Part shown: positions 52,351-62,481 of the stretch, piece by piece
How the letters are laid out: the number at the start of each line of letters is the position of its first letter
Numbering within the stretch: position 1 is the stretch's first letter
Origin: an uncultured Phycisphaeraceae bacterium
GTDB taxonomy: Bacteria; Planctomycetota; Phycisphaerae; WQYP01
Reading direction: 5' to 3'
Assembly: GCA_964610975.1 (NCBI GenBank)
Contig: CAZSYN010000003.1
Span: 195,955 to 259,954, forward strand
Length of the DNA stretch: 64,000 bases
Position numbers and translations under genes: made by a program
The notes under the pieces: generated by a model
Told to the model about the DNA's origin: nothing
Seen by the model: the letters and a program-made list of their open reading frames with translations, nothing else
The model's database searches: none

Positions 52351-53481
52351 ATGGCGAGTGCACAAATTCAGCATCCCGAGCCGCAACTCTTTATCGCCGC
52401 GCGCATTGCCCGCCTGCGTGCCGCGCTGGCGGAACATAAACTCCCGGCCCTGCTTGTGACTAATTTTGCCGATGTCAGCTACCTGACCGGCTTTGAAGGT
52501 GACGATTCTTTCGCAATCATCACAAATGACCGCGTCATTCTCATTTCTGATACTCGTTATGAAGAACAAATTCAGCGCGAATGCCCCTGGGTTGAAGTCA
52601 TCATGCGCCCCAAGCTGATGCTTGATGAGGTCGCCAAACAGATTAAAAAATTGAATATTGCGAAAATTGGCGTTCAGGGTGAGTCTCTCACGATGCGCCA
52701 AAACGCCGGCCTGACGGATCGTCTTAAAGCTAAAGGCAAGTCGCGCATTAACTTAGCACTCACGGATGACATGGTTGTCACGCTGCGTCACATCAAGGAC
52801 GCCGAGGAAATCGCCATTACTGAGCGCGCCATTGTCATCGCTCAGGACGGCCTGATCGCCATTCGTCCGCTGCTTAAGCCCGGCGTGAGCGAAAACGAAA
52901 TCGCCAGCGTTCTGGTTCACCAGATGCGTAAGCGCGGCGCGACCAACTCCAGTTTTGACACCATCGTGGGCGTGGCCGCAAACGGCAGCCTGCCCCATTA
53001 TCGCCCCGGCGCAGTGCCCATTACGCCCAATACTCCCGTGCTCATTGACTGGGGCGCACGCTATTGCGGATATTGCAGTGATTTGACCCGCGTGCTATTC
53101 GTGGGTAACATCCCGCCGCAAATTCGTGAGATTTACAAAATCGTGCTTGATGCCCAGATGGCCGCGATTGAGGCCATTAAGCCGGGAATGTCCGGCAAGC
53201 AGGTGGATAAAATCGCCCGCGACATCATTACGAAGGCCGGTTACGGCGATAAGTTTGGCCACGGACTTGGCCACGGCATCGGCCGGGATATTCACGAACC
53301 GATCTCCCTGAGTCGCCTGAGCACGACAAAGCTCAAGCCGGGAATGATCGTGACCGTTGAGCCGGGCATTTATCTGCCGGGCATCGGCGGCGTAAGAATT
53401 GAGGACGACATCCTGGTGACCGAAACCGGCCACCGGGTGCTGAGCACACTGCCCAAAAGTCTTGCGTGGGCGCAGCAATAG
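52351..53481 (+). CDS. pepP: M24 family Xaa-Pro aminopeptidase
   Basis: 376 aa. The creatinase-like N-domain is followed by the M24 metal-ligand blocks DWGARYCGYCSDLTR, FGHGLGHGIG, VEPGIY and GGVRIEDD. Confidence 0.9.
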   Translation: MASAQIQHPEPQLFIAARIARLRAALAEHKLPALLVTNFADVSYLTGFEGDDSFAIITNDRVILISDTRYEEQIQRECPWVEVIMRPKLMLDEVAKQIKKLNIAKIGVQGESLTMRQNAGLTDRLKAKGKSRINLALTDDMVVTLRHIKDAEEIAITERAIVIAQDGLIAIRPLLKPGVSENEIASVLVHQMRKRGATNSSFDTIVGVAANGSLPHYRPGAVPITPNTPVLIDWGARYCGYCSDLTRVLFVGNIPPQIREIYKIVLDAQMAAIEAIKPGMSGKQVDKIARDIITKAGYGDKFGHGLGHGIGRDIHEPISLSRLSTTKLKPGMIVTVEPGIYLPGIGGVRIEDDILVTETGHRVLSTLPKSLAWAQQ

Positions 53482-53492
53482 AAAAGAAGCCC

Positions 53493-53573
53493 GAAGTCAG
53501 AAGCCAGAAGTCGGAAGCTCGCACGCGCGATCTTTCTTCTCCTTCTAGTTTCCAGCTTCTGGCTGCTGACTTC
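53493..53573. repeat. Long inverted repeat (18-bp arms, 17/18) after pepP; terminator candidate
   Basis: gaagtcagaagccagaag ... cttctggctgctgacttc followed by tgattttt. Confidence 0.6.
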
Positions 53574-53597
53574 TGATTTTTCTTGTAGAGGGTAAAA

Positions 53598-54101
53598 ATG
53601 GCCAAACAGCAAGCGGTCGGGTTTACGGATACCAAGCGCGTCAAGGATTTGGTTCAGCTCATGGCTGAAAATGACTTGACTGAAATTGAACTGGTCGAAG
53701 ACAAGGCGAAGATCACGCTGCGTCGCGCCAGCACCACTATTCCGGTGATGGCCGCGCCTGTGGCCGCTCCCGCTTATGCCGCGGCTCCCGTGGCCGCTCC
53801 TGTTTCGGCCCCCAGCGCACCGGCGGCTCCCGCAGCCCCGGCCGCCAATCCTGACGCAGGCCTCGTCCCCATCAAGTCGCCGATGGTCGGCACTTTCTAC
53901 GCGTCAGCCAATCCGGAATCCGAAGCCTTTGTTCAGGTCGGCAGCAATGTCACCGCCAACACGGTTGTGTGCATCATTGAGGCCATGAAGGTTTTTAACG
54001 AAATCAAGGCCGAAGCCAGCGGCACCATCGCCAAAGTCCTGGTTCAAAACGGCAAACCCGTTGAGTACGGACAGCCGCTGTTTTTGATTAAGCCCGCATA
54101 A
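53598..54101 (+). CDS. accB: Acetyl-CoA carboxylase biotin carboxyl carrier protein
   Basis: 167 aa with an Ala/Pro linker and the biotinylation motif [15 protein letters not shown]. The C-terminus is LFLIKPA. Confidence 0.93.
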   Translation: MAKQQAVGFTDTKRVKDLVQLMAENDLTEIELVEDKAKITLRRASTTIPVMAAPVAAPAYAAAPVAAPVSAPSAPAAPAAPAANPDAGLVPIKSPMVGTFYASANPESEAFVQVGSNVTANTVVCIIEAMKVFNEIKAEASGTIAKVLVQNGKPVEYGQPLFLIKPA

Positions 54102-54135
54102 CAAACAACCACGAACGTGTAGAAAAAGGTCGCGA

Positions 54136-54229
54136 AAAAGGCTGAAGGGTCAAGGCTGAAGGCTAAAGAAGCTCTTGCGCCATCTGACATTTTTTATTTC
54201 AGCCTTTATCATTCAGACTTCAGCCTTTT
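54136..54229. repeat. Long bipartite inverted repeat between accB and accC
   Basis: aaaaggctgaag (54136-54147) pairs with cttcagcctttt (54218-54229). An inner aaggctgaa pairs with ttcagcctt. The right arm ends 12 nt before the accC ATG, just ahead of a GAGG RBS. Confidence 0.65.
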
Positions 54230-54240
54230 CTGAGGTATTC

Positions 54241-55590
54241 ATGTTTTCAAGAATATTGATTGCCAACCGCGGCGAGATCGCGCTGCGTATTATCCGCGCC
54301 TGCAAAGAGCTTGGCGTTGAGTCCGTTGTGGTTTATTCCGAGGCCGACAAGGACGCCGATTACCTGCGCCTTGCCGACGAGGCCATCTGCATCGGCCCGG
54401 GCCCGGCCGCACACAGCTACCTCAACATCCCGGCCATCATCTCCGCGGCGGAAGTCGCCGACGTTCAGGCTATTCATCCGGGCTTTGGCTTCCTTTCCGA
54501 AAACGCCCACTTTGCCGAAGTCTGCCGGAGCTGCAAAATTGAGTTCATCGGCCCCTCGCCTGAATCCATGAAGTCGCTGGGCTCAAAGATCGCCAGCAAG
54601 ACCATCGCCAGGAAATGCAAAGTACCGCTGACTCCCGGTTCTGACGGCCCGATCACCAACGAAGACGAAGCCATTGAAGTTGCCCGCAAAATCGGCTTCC
54701 CGGTGATCATCAAGGCATCGGCCGGCGGCGGCGGCCGCGGCATGCGCGTGGCGCATAACGAAATTTCCCTGCGCTCAAGCATCAAGGCCGCGCAGTCTGA
54801 AGCGGAAGCCGCGTTCAAAGACGGCACAATCTTCATCGAAAAATACATTGAAGAACCGCGTCACGTTGAAGTTCAGTTGCTCGGCGACAAGTTCGGCAAC
54901 ATGGTGCATCTGTACGAGCGCGATTGCTCGCTTCAGCGCCGTCATCAAAAACTTGTTGAAGAATCGCCCTGCCCGATCATTGATCAGGAAACGCGCGAAT
55001 CCATTTGTGCCTCGGCCGTTCGCCTGGCCAAAGAAGCCAACTATTACTCGGCCGGCACGTGCGAATTTATCATGGATAAAGAACACAAGTTCTACTTCAT
55101 GGAAGTTAACACGCGTATTCAGGTTGAGCACCCAGTCACGGAGCTTGTCACCGGCGTTGACCTCATCAAGTGGCAGCTCAAGATTGCCGCCGGCGAAAAG
55201 CTGACACTCACTCAAAACGATATCAAGCAGACCGGCCACGCCATTGAGGTCCGCATCAATGCCGAAGACCCGGCCCGCAACTTTGCCCCGTGCCCCGGCA
55301 CCATCGAGACATTACGCCTGCCCGGCGGCCCCGGCGTTCGCCTTGAGACGCACGTATACCAGGGTTATCGCATTCCGCCCAATTACGATTCAATGATCGG
55401 CAAGCTGCTGGTGCACGGCAAAGACCGTGACGACGCAATTTGCCTCATGGGCCGCGCGCTTCAGGAATTTCAGTCTGATCCGATCAAGACCACCGTCCCG
55501 CTGCTCAAGGACATCATGCGTAATCAGCAGTTCCGCCACAGCAAAGTCGATACGGGATGGATTGAGAGAACCTATAAACCAAAGAATTGA
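54241..55590 (+). CDS. accC: Acetyl-CoA carboxylase biotin carboxylase subunit
   Basis: [25 protein letters not shown]..., [34 protein letters not shown]. The ATG at 54241 is preferred over the track start at 54175. Confidence 0.95.
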   Translation: MFSRILIANRGEIALRIIRACKELGVESVVVYSEADKDADYLRLADEAICIGPGPAAHSYLNIPAIISAAEVADVQAIHPGFGFLSENAHFAEVCRSCKIEFIGPSPESMKSLGSKIASKTIARKCKVPLTPGSDGPITNEDEAIEVARKIGFPVIIKASAGGGGRGMRVAHNEISLRSSIKAAQSEAEAAFKDGTIFIEKYIEEPRHVEVQLLGDKFGNMVHLYERDCSLQRRHQKLVEESPCPIIDQETRESICASAVRLAKEANYYSAGTCEFIMDKEHKFYFMEVNTRIQVEHPVTELVTGVDLIKWQLKIAAGEKLTLTQNDIKQTGHAIEVRINAEDPARNFAPCPGTIETLRLPGGPGVRLETHVYQGYRIPPNYDSMIGKLLVHGKDRDDAICLMGRALQEFQSDPIKTTVPLLKDIMRNQQFRHSKVDTGWIERTYKPKN

Positions 55591-55635
55591 CGCAATGTGG
55601 TCATGTAGAAATTTATAATGCGGTAATTGAAAAGA

Positions 55636-55680
55636 AAAAGGGGCGCTGCGATATCAACCGCAGCGCCCCTTTAATTTTCA
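55636..55680. terminator. Bidirectional intrinsic terminator between convergent accC and the polyprenyl synthase gene
   Basis: aaagaaaaa-ggggcgctgcg-atatcaac-cgcagcgcccc-tttaatttt. Confidence 0.85.
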
Positions 55681-55705
55681 CATCACCACATTGTCGATTA
55701 CCACA

Positions 55706-56626
55706 TTAATTGGTTCTCTCGGCCATATAGCGGCTCAGTTCGCGGAGCATATCCGCGCCGGCGCCCAGTTGATTCGCCACATCGTCGGTTACTTTGACCT
55801 GCTGCGCCAGGTATTCGCGGCTCTTGGCAAGGCCGACGAGTCCCGGGTATGTCAGCTTGCCGATGCCGGCATCTTTTTGTGTTTTTTTGCCCATTTTTTC
55901 GGTGGTGCTGGTGACATCAAGAATGTCATCCATAATCTGGAATGCCAAACCCACGGCCGTGCCGTAATCATCAATCAACTTCATCTGCTGAACGCTGGCG
56001 CCCGCAGCCAGTGCGCCCATGCGGCACGCGCCTTTAATCAACGCTCCGGTCTTCATGCGATGTATGCGTTGTAAATCAGTCAGCGTGCTTTGCTGTCCGT
56101 TTTTGGCTTCGTCCGGATGACAAGTATCAAGCACTTGACCGCCGATCATCCCCTCCGGGCCGGTGGCAAGAGCAAGTTCCTTGATCAGCACGACGGCCAA
56201 TTTGGGATCGGCCACATTTTTAGCCAGCAACTCAAACGCCATTGTATTAAGCGCATCGCCGCCCAGAATTGCCATCGCTTCGCCGTACACTTTATGATTG
56301 GTAGGCCGGCCGCGACGCAGATCGTCATTATCCATTGACGGCATGTCATCATGAATCAGCGAAAAGCAATGAATCATTTCTACGGCCGCGGCGCATGGCA
56401 AAGCCTGCTCAACCGTACCGCCGACAGCGCGCGAGGCAAATATGGCCAAAGCTGGACGCACACGCTTGCCAGAGGCAAAAAGCGAATACTCAACGCACTC
56501 AATCAGCTTTGCGGGGGAATCCGCCAGCGACCGGGTATACGTCCTCATGTAGTTTTCGGTCTGTTCTGCCACGGCCTTAAAAGCCGCCATCAGTTCCGTC
56601 GCCGCCATATTGATCCTCATATGCAT
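55706..56626 (-). CDS. ispA: Polyprenyl (farnesyl/geranylgeranyl) diphosphate synthase
   Basis: The first DDxxD region is SLIHDDMPSMDNDDLRRG and the second is FQIMDDILD. The start codon is uncertain, with several in-frame Met near 56626. Confidence 0.9.
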   Translation of the reverse strand: MHMRINMAATELMAAFKAVAEQTENYMRTYTRSLADSPAKLIECVEYSLFASGKRVRPALAIFASRAVGGTVEQALPCAAAVEMIHCFSLIHDDMPSMDNDDLRRGRPTNHKVYGEAMAILGGDALNTMAFELLAKNVADPKLAVVLIKELALATGPEGMIGGQVLDTCHPDEAKNGQQSTLTDLQRIHRMKTGALIKGACRMGALAAGASVQQMKLIDDYGTAVGLAFQIMDDILDVTSTTEKMGKKTQKDAGIGKLTYPGLVGLAKSREYLAQQVKVTDDVANQLGAGADMLRELSRYMAERTN

Positions 56627-56906
56627 GCCGAAGCCAAGCGATTATAACGGCACAAAAATTGGCAACAAGCAGGCGAGGCCTCTTGCGAAAGATATTTATA
56701 TCCGCGGCGTTCACATATTGACCGCCACATCATCGCCCCAACTCATCCCATGCTACGGCATTTTGCCTTCCGGTGCCTCATCCGCTGCAATTTTGAGCTT
56801 CCCAAACCCGGCTCTTCCGCTGGCGATTCAACGCCGTTATCCTACCAGTATCAGTATATTCATACAGGCTGATTTCAGTACTGATCATGCTAAATAGCGG
56901 GGACAC

Positions 56907-57815
56907 ATGAAAATTGCCATACTTGGTTCATCCGGACAGCTTGGTTATGACCTTGTTGAGTATCTTAAAATCCGCCCGGAGCACATCGCGTTGCCATTCT
57001 CAGGCCGGGCTCAACTGGATATCACCGATCATTCTTCCTTTATGCGTATGATAGAGACTTCCGCACCTGATGTCGTCATCAACACGGCAGCGTATCACAA
57101 CGTTGATCTTTGCGAAAAAGAAACCGATGCTGCATACCGCACCAATGTAGTCGCAGTTCGAGATATGGCACGCACATGCGAAGCCAAAAAAATTCGCTTT
57201 ATGCAAATCGGCACTGATTACGTGGCCGAGGCCGCGCCGGATGGCAACCTTGCCGCAGCCAGACCCGTTCCGGAATCCGCGCCCGTGCATCCGAAATCCA
57301 TTTACGCCCTGACACGTTACGGCGGCGACTGCATGACGCTGGCCCATGCGCCTCATTATGGCTACGTGGTTCGCAGTTGCGGCCTGTTTGGCATTGCCGG
57401 ATGCAAACTTAAAGGCGGGCTGAATTTTGTTGATACGATGATCAAGGTTGCCCGCGATGGCAAACCGCTGCGCGTGGTGAACGATCAAATTGTGGCGCCG
57501 ACACCCACGGCCGATCTGGCAAAGCAACTGATCCTGATTCTTGAGCGCAACGCGCCGGCCGGTTTATATCATGCGGTCAGTCACGGCCAATGTAGCTGGT
57601 ATGAGTTTGCCAAAACCGCCCTTGAACTTTCCGGCGTGCCGCACAGCATTGAGCCGGTGCCGTCAACGGTATACGCCGCGCCGGCAATCAGGCCGAATTA
57701 TTCGGTTCTCGATAACGCCCGCCTGCGCGAACTTGGCCTTGATATCATGCGCGATTGGCAAGTAAGCCTGCGCGAATATGTGGAGAAAAAATATCCAAAA
57801 ACCATTCAGGGTTAA
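56907..57815 (+). CDS. rfbD: dTDP-4-dehydrorhamnose reductase (RmlD/RfbD-like SDR)
   Basis: 302 aa. MKIAILGSSGQLGYDL (Rossmann), INTAAYHNVDLCE, YALTRYGGD (the YxxxK position is partly divergent) and the C-terminal PNYSVLDN are typical of RmlD. Confidence 0.8.
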   Translation: MKIAILGSSGQLGYDLVEYLKIRPEHIALPFSGRAQLDITDHSSFMRMIETSAPDVVINTAAYHNVDLCEKETDAAYRTNVVAVRDMARTCEAKKIRFMQIGTDYVAEAAPDGNLAAARPVPESAPVHPKSIYALTRYGGDCMTLAHAPHYGYVVRSCGLFGIAGCKLKGGLNFVDTMIKVARDGKPLRVVNDQIVAPTPTADLAKQLILILERNAPAGLYHAVSHGQCSWYEFAKTALELSGVPHSIEPVPSTVYAAPAIRPNYSVLDNARLRELGLDIMRDWQVSLREYVEKKYPKTIQG

Positions 57816-57830
57816 GCAAGTCAAAAAGAA

Positions 57831-57872
57831 AACGAGTTAAGCAAGGGAAAATATCCTCTCGCTTAACTCGTT
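57831..57872. terminator. Hairpin terminator between convergent rfbD and nuoH
   Basis: aacgagttaagcaag-ggaaaatatcct-ctcgcttaactcgtt. On the minus strand it is followed by ttctttttg. Confidence 0.7.
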
Positions 57873-57896
57873 TAACTTGCTCAACTTGATTTCTAC

Positions 57897-59156
57897 TTAA
57901 CTATTGCCTGCCGCCACCGGATTATACCGGCTATTCGGAACGGCAACGCGCTGGTTGATTTTGCGCTTGGGCCGGCGCGCCAGAACCACCAGTGCGCCGA
58001 TGAAGAAGACCACATTGGCGATCACAAGCGCCAGCGGCATCGCGGGCGTGCTGAGTTTGTGCATCTGATTCAGGAAGACCACCACAACCGAGATCAAAAA
58101 TGCGCCCAGCGAAAGCGGAATCATGCCGCGCCATGCCAGGTCCATAAGCTGGTCAAAACGGAAGCGAGGCAGTGTCCACCGAATCCACATGTAGAAGAAC
58201 AGGAACGCCACAACTTTGGCCCAGTAAACGCAGAACTTCAGGATCACCGCGCCCCATCCGCCGACGACCGGTTGCGCGCCGCCGTAAATCAGATAGTCAA
58301 GCCACGGCAGATGCCAGCCGCCGAAGAACAGGCCCACGGCCACAGCCGAACCGGTGACCATGCTGCCGTATTCCGCAAGGAAAAACAGCGCGAATTTCAT
58401 GGATGAATATTCAGTATGATAGCCGCCGACGAGTTCCGTTTCGCATTCCGCAAGATCAAACGGAACGCGGTTGGCTTCCGCAAAGATGCAGGTGATAAAG
58501 ATCAGCGCGGCCACCGGATGAACAAAAATATTCCACGCGGGAATCACACCAAGCCAATAACCCGCCTGGCCATTGACAAGTTCCGTCAGCGAAAGGCTGC
58601 CGAGTATCACGGCCACGGCCATGATAGAAAGCGCCATCGGCACTTCGTAGGAAAGCATTTGCGCGGTAGCGCGCAGGCCGCCGAGGAACGAATATTTTGA
58701 GCCTGACGAGTAACCGCCAAGAACCACGCCATAAACGGCAAGTCCCGCGGCCGCGATCACCAGCAACACACCAATGTTGAGATCCGCAACCATCACCGGC
58801 CAATTTTGCGTAAAGAACTTATGGCCAAAAAGAGTGGCGCTGGCATCAAGCATGCCGCCAAAGGGAATAATCGCCCAGCCGACCATGGCCGGCGTCATGA
58901 TGGCAATCGGCGCAAGGAAATACAGAAACTTGTCCGCATGAGCCGGGACAAATTCTTCCTTCAGGATAAACTTCACGCCATCGGCGATCGGCTGAAGCAG
59001 ACCTTTCGGACCCACGCGGTTCGGGCCGATGCGATCCTGAATCCACGACGCGGTTTTACGTTCAAGCAGAATCAGATAAGCAATCAACCCCAGCGTCATG
59101 TGAAAAACGACCAGGGCGAAAATAACCTGCGCGATAAAAGGCACCCATTCTTGCAT
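57897..59156 (-). CDS. nuoH: NADH-quinone oxidoreductase subunit H
   Basis: 419 aa. LILLERKTASWIQDRIGPNRVGPKGLLQPIADGVKF and PFDLAECETELVGGYHTEYSSMKFALFFLAEY are canonical NuoH/ND1 blocks. Confidence 0.93.
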   Translation of the reverse strand: MQEWVPFIAQVIFALVVFHMTLGLIAYLILLERKTASWIQDRIGPNRVGPKGLLQPIADGVKFILKEEFVPAHADKFLYFLAPIAIMTPAMVGWAIIPFGGMLDASATLFGHKFFTQNWPVMVADLNIGVLLVIAAAGLAVYGVVLGGYSSGSKYSFLGGLRATAQMLSYEVPMALSIMAVAVILGSLSLTELVNGQAGYWLGVIPAWNIFVHPVAALIFITCIFAEANRVPFDLAECETELVGGYHTEYSSMKFALFFLAEYGSMVTGSAVAVGLFFGGWHLPWLDYLIYGGAQPVVGGWGAVILKFCVYWAKVVAFLFFYMWIRWTLPRFRFDQLMDLAWRGMIPLSLGAFLISVVVVFLNQMHKLSTPAMPLALVIANVVFFIGALVVLARRPKRKINQRVAVPNSRYNPVAAGNS

Positions 59157-59427
59157 GGCAACTCCCCAAGAACTTGTTGGCCGCTAGTGTAGCCGAGCTT
59201 GAGTCTGCTGAAAAGTATGTTAAACGAGTTTATAGTATGTGCCAAAATGTTTTAGCGCATGACCTGCCGCCACGCTATCGCGGGGCGGCTTTTTAAATTA
59301 AAAAAATCTGTCAGCCGTTATTTCTTTTTAGCAATCCCTATAGCCCACTAAAAAATTAAGCGAGAAAGAAGACTAATGCGTCCGCTTAACTCGCTTACTT
59401 GCTTCACTTCATACTGGCTTCGCGCGG

Positions 59428-60213
59428 TTACGTCAGCCGCACGCATACACCGCGCTCATGCAGATATTGCTTGACCTGCTGAACGGTATACTCGCGAAAA
59501 TGGAAAATGCTCGCGGCCAGCGCCGCATCGGCCTTGCCGCCGCCAGGGCCATCCAGCAAAACCTTAAGCATATGCTCAGGACTGCCCGCCCCGCCGCTGG
59601 CCACCACCGGCACGCGCACCGCCTCAGAAACCGCACGGGTCATCTGGCAATCGTAACCATCTTTGGTGCCGTCAGCGTTCATCACGTTCAGGACGATCTC
59701 GCCGGCGCCCAGTTTTTCGGCCTGCTGCGCCCACTTCATCACATCAATGCCGGTATCCACACGCCCGCCATTGATAAAAACATGCCAAACCTCGGTGCCG
59801 TCGGCATTTTTGATGCGATTTGCATCCATTCCGAGCACGGTGGCGCAGGTTCCGAATTTTTCAGAAATTTCCGCTATAAGTTCCGGCCGCTTGACCGCCG
59901 CAGAGTTAATGCTGACCTTCTCCGCGCCGGCCTGAATCAGCCGCGTGGCATCCTCAAGCGTGCGGATGCCGCCGCCGACGGTAATCGGCATAAAAACGCT
60001 CTCGGCCACCTGGCGCACCACATCCGCCATGATGCCACGACCCTCATGACTGGCCGTAATGTCGTAAAACACCAGCTCATCTGCGCCGGCGGCATCATAA
60101 AACTTGGCCTGCTCAAGCGGATCGCCCGCATCAACATGATCAAAGAACTTCACGCCCTTCACCACGCGGCCACGATCACAGTCAAGACACGGAATAATTC
60201 GCTTTGCTAACAT
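59428..60213 (-). CDS. hisF: Imidazole glycerol phosphate synthase cyclase subunit
   Basis: [23 protein letters not shown]..., [49 protein letters not shown]. Confidence 0.95.
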   Translation of the reverse strand: MLAKRIIPCLDCDRGRVVKGVKFFDHVDAGDPLEQAKFYDAAGADELVFYDITASHEGRGIMADVVRQVAESVFMPITVGGGIRTLEDATRLIQAGAEKVSINSAAVKRPELIAEISEKFGTCATVLGMDANRIKNADGTEVWHVFINGGRVDTGIDVMKWAQQAEKLGAGEIVLNVMNADGTKDGYDCQMTRAVSEAVRVPVVASGGAGSPEHMLKVLLDGPGGGKADAALAASIFHFREYTVQQVKQYLHERGVCVRLT

Positions 60214-60337
60214 AACCAGGATTATAGCAGATCATCCCATATTCGTCTGCCATGCCATTTGCCAAGCCCAGAAAAGAGCAAAAAACGGGGACGCAGCTAG
60301 TTTTGACTCTGTCTTTTGTTCATGATATCTTTCGATT

Positions 60338-61036
60338 ATGGCAAGACACGCGCGCATAGCACCGGGCGGATGGGTTTACCACGTTGTGAACCGATCCGCG
60401 GGACGTTTCAAAATGCTTCAAAGCCAGAAAGATTTTCTGGCCTTTGAGCAGATCATGGCCCAGGCGCAGGAACGTTTTCCTTTGCGAATTTTGTCTTATT
60501 GCCTGATGGGTAACCATTGGCATTTTGTGGTTTGGCCGGAAAAAGACGGCGATCTGACTTCCTATTTTCGCTGGCTCACACATACCCACGCCATGCGCTG
60601 GCGCGTGGCGCATAATACAGTGGGATACGGACATCTTTATCAGGGACGTTTTAAGAGTTTCCCGGTTCAGGGTGGCGCATCATTTCTCAAGGTATGCCGC
60701 TATGTTGAACGCAACGCGCTTTCGGCCGAACTGGTCAAAAATGCAGAAGACTGGCGCTGGAGCAGCCTGTGGGTTCGCAACAACGGCACGCCTGAACAAA
60801 AAGCTCTGCTGACGCCCTGGCCGATAGAACAACCCAGAGACTGGCTAGTGCGTGTCAATGAGATGATGACCGCCAAAGAAATTACTCGCTGGCGCCAGAG
60901 TTTATTGCGAGGGAGTCCATTTGGGGACGACGAATGGACGCGCCAGAGTTCAATTGAATTAGGCCTCGAGTACACTCTGCGCGATGAGGGCCGCCCCAGA
61001 TCGATTAAAACGGGGACGCAGCTAGTTAAAAACTAG
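60338..61036 (+). mobile_element. REP-associated tyrosine transposase (RAYT, IS200/Y1 HUH family)
   Basis: 232 aa. The HUH motif is in LMGNHWHFVVWP and the catalytic Tyr region is CRYVERNALSAELV. The gene is flanked by a 20-nt direct repeat, aaacggggacgcagctagtt, at 60283-60302 and 61008-61027. The downstream copy forms a perfect hairpin. Confidence 0.85.
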
Positions 61037-61050
61037 CTGCGTCCCCGTTT
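61008..61050. repeat. REP-like perfect hairpin overlapping the RAYT 3' end
   Basis: aaacggggacgcagctagtt-aaa-aactagctgcgtccccgttt (20-bp stem). It is followed by a perfect 14-bp tandem duplication, cccgtttctttacc x2, at 61044-61071. Confidence 0.9.
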
Positions 61051-61070
61051 CTTTACCCCCGTTTCTTTAC

Positions 61071-62323
61071 CCTGGTACTGGTACAACTGCTGATCCATAC
61101 GTTTTTACATTGCCACAGACAGGATCGTTGCGAATCTGGACGTTGGATGGTGATAAGAGCCGGGATTCTCGGAGCTTGCAATCCAGCGATGAAGGGAATT
61201 TCATTGCCGGCGATGGGTGGATAGATGCATCCAAACTCTTTAAGGATGGCAAACGCACCATCACGCTGTATGTGGAGGCGGTGAAGTCTGATGCCGGCGC
61301 CAAAGAGACCAAAGTGTCGATGAAAACAACCGGCGCTGCTGATGCGGATGCCACATCCGATACAGTCAAACTGACTGTGCAGAAGTTTACTTATACGGCG
61401 GATGAGATCGAAAAAGCGTTGGCGGCCGATCCTGGCTATGGAAAGAAAGTAGGATTTTTAATTCAAACACCTAAAGATTGGGGTACATTAATTATTAAAA
61501 TTGATACAGGACGTGGAACACTGAATGTAAATTTATTTAAGGGTGTTACAATTGGTGACGCCGCCATAAGCCTTGAACAAGCCAAGCAATGTGCGATCGA
61601 TGCACTTCGAGCGTGGGCATCAAAATCTTTGAGTTTCTTTCCAGGTGCGAATTATACATTCCTTGGAATCGCTCGCGAGTGGGCAAGCAATGGAATGGAT
61701 TACGGCGCGACAGTAAAGAACGGTGAGGATGCCGCACAGTCCTTAGGTTCGACTCTTGATTTCCTGTATTTTTTCTCGGATCAAAATGGTACAGAATCTG
61801 TTGGGTACAAGTCGAACGATGTTCCTTATTTGCTTTGTTGGATTTATACAGGTATTGGGAATATTACAAAAAATCAAATTTTACAAAAATCGGTCTTGCT
61901 ACTTCATTTAAAGAAGGGACTGTTCCAATTGCGGCGAAGCTAGGAATGAATGAAGTATATTGGGAATCCCGTGTGGTTGGAGGAAAAGCTGGGCGTTATC
62001 CTGCAGAGGATCAAACGCATCACTTTGCAGCTTATTTTCAAATTGGTAGTTTCTTTGGTAATGACGACAATACATTGAGAGATGCTCTGGTCCGCACGAA
62101 CGATCTTGGAACAGATAAGAGCAAGCCCGAGTTATATTTCTGGAGAAGTAATCCAGGTGATTATTTTCTCGGTCTTCTTGCTGCTGACCTAGGACATATG
62201 TGGAATTCGCATCCAGGATATATTGGGGCAACTGTCACATCACTCTTAAAAGCCTCAAGACAGACAGGATGGTCCTATACTGGACGTACCGATTTTGTAT
62301 ATCCCGTAGATTATTGGAAATGA
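61071..62323 (+). pseudogene. 5'-truncated, frameshifted gene for a polymorphic-toxin-like protein (Ig-like pre-toxin segment + novel C-terminal domain)
   Basis: There is no start codon. The reading frame PGTGTTADPYVFTLPQTGSLRIWTLDG... is homologous to GDGTAENPYITQLPSGSLRIWTKDG at 63925-63999, so upstream sequence is missing. ORFs 61110..61943 and 61835..62323 join if one A is added to the A6 run at 61868-61873, giving ...GIGNITKKSNFTKIGLATSF... The sequence is AT-rich from about 61400. Confidence 0.7.
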
Positions 62324-62481
62324 CAGCGCTTTATAAATTGCTAGTCGTGTATATAGACAATTTACTTTAGTGCGCTATTGACTTGGTAATATTTTAATAT
62401 GTGCAGAGATAATTCATACAGATTCTATCGCAGTATAGTGCAGGGTGCTTGCTGACAACATTGATCTTATAGGAGCGGTTT

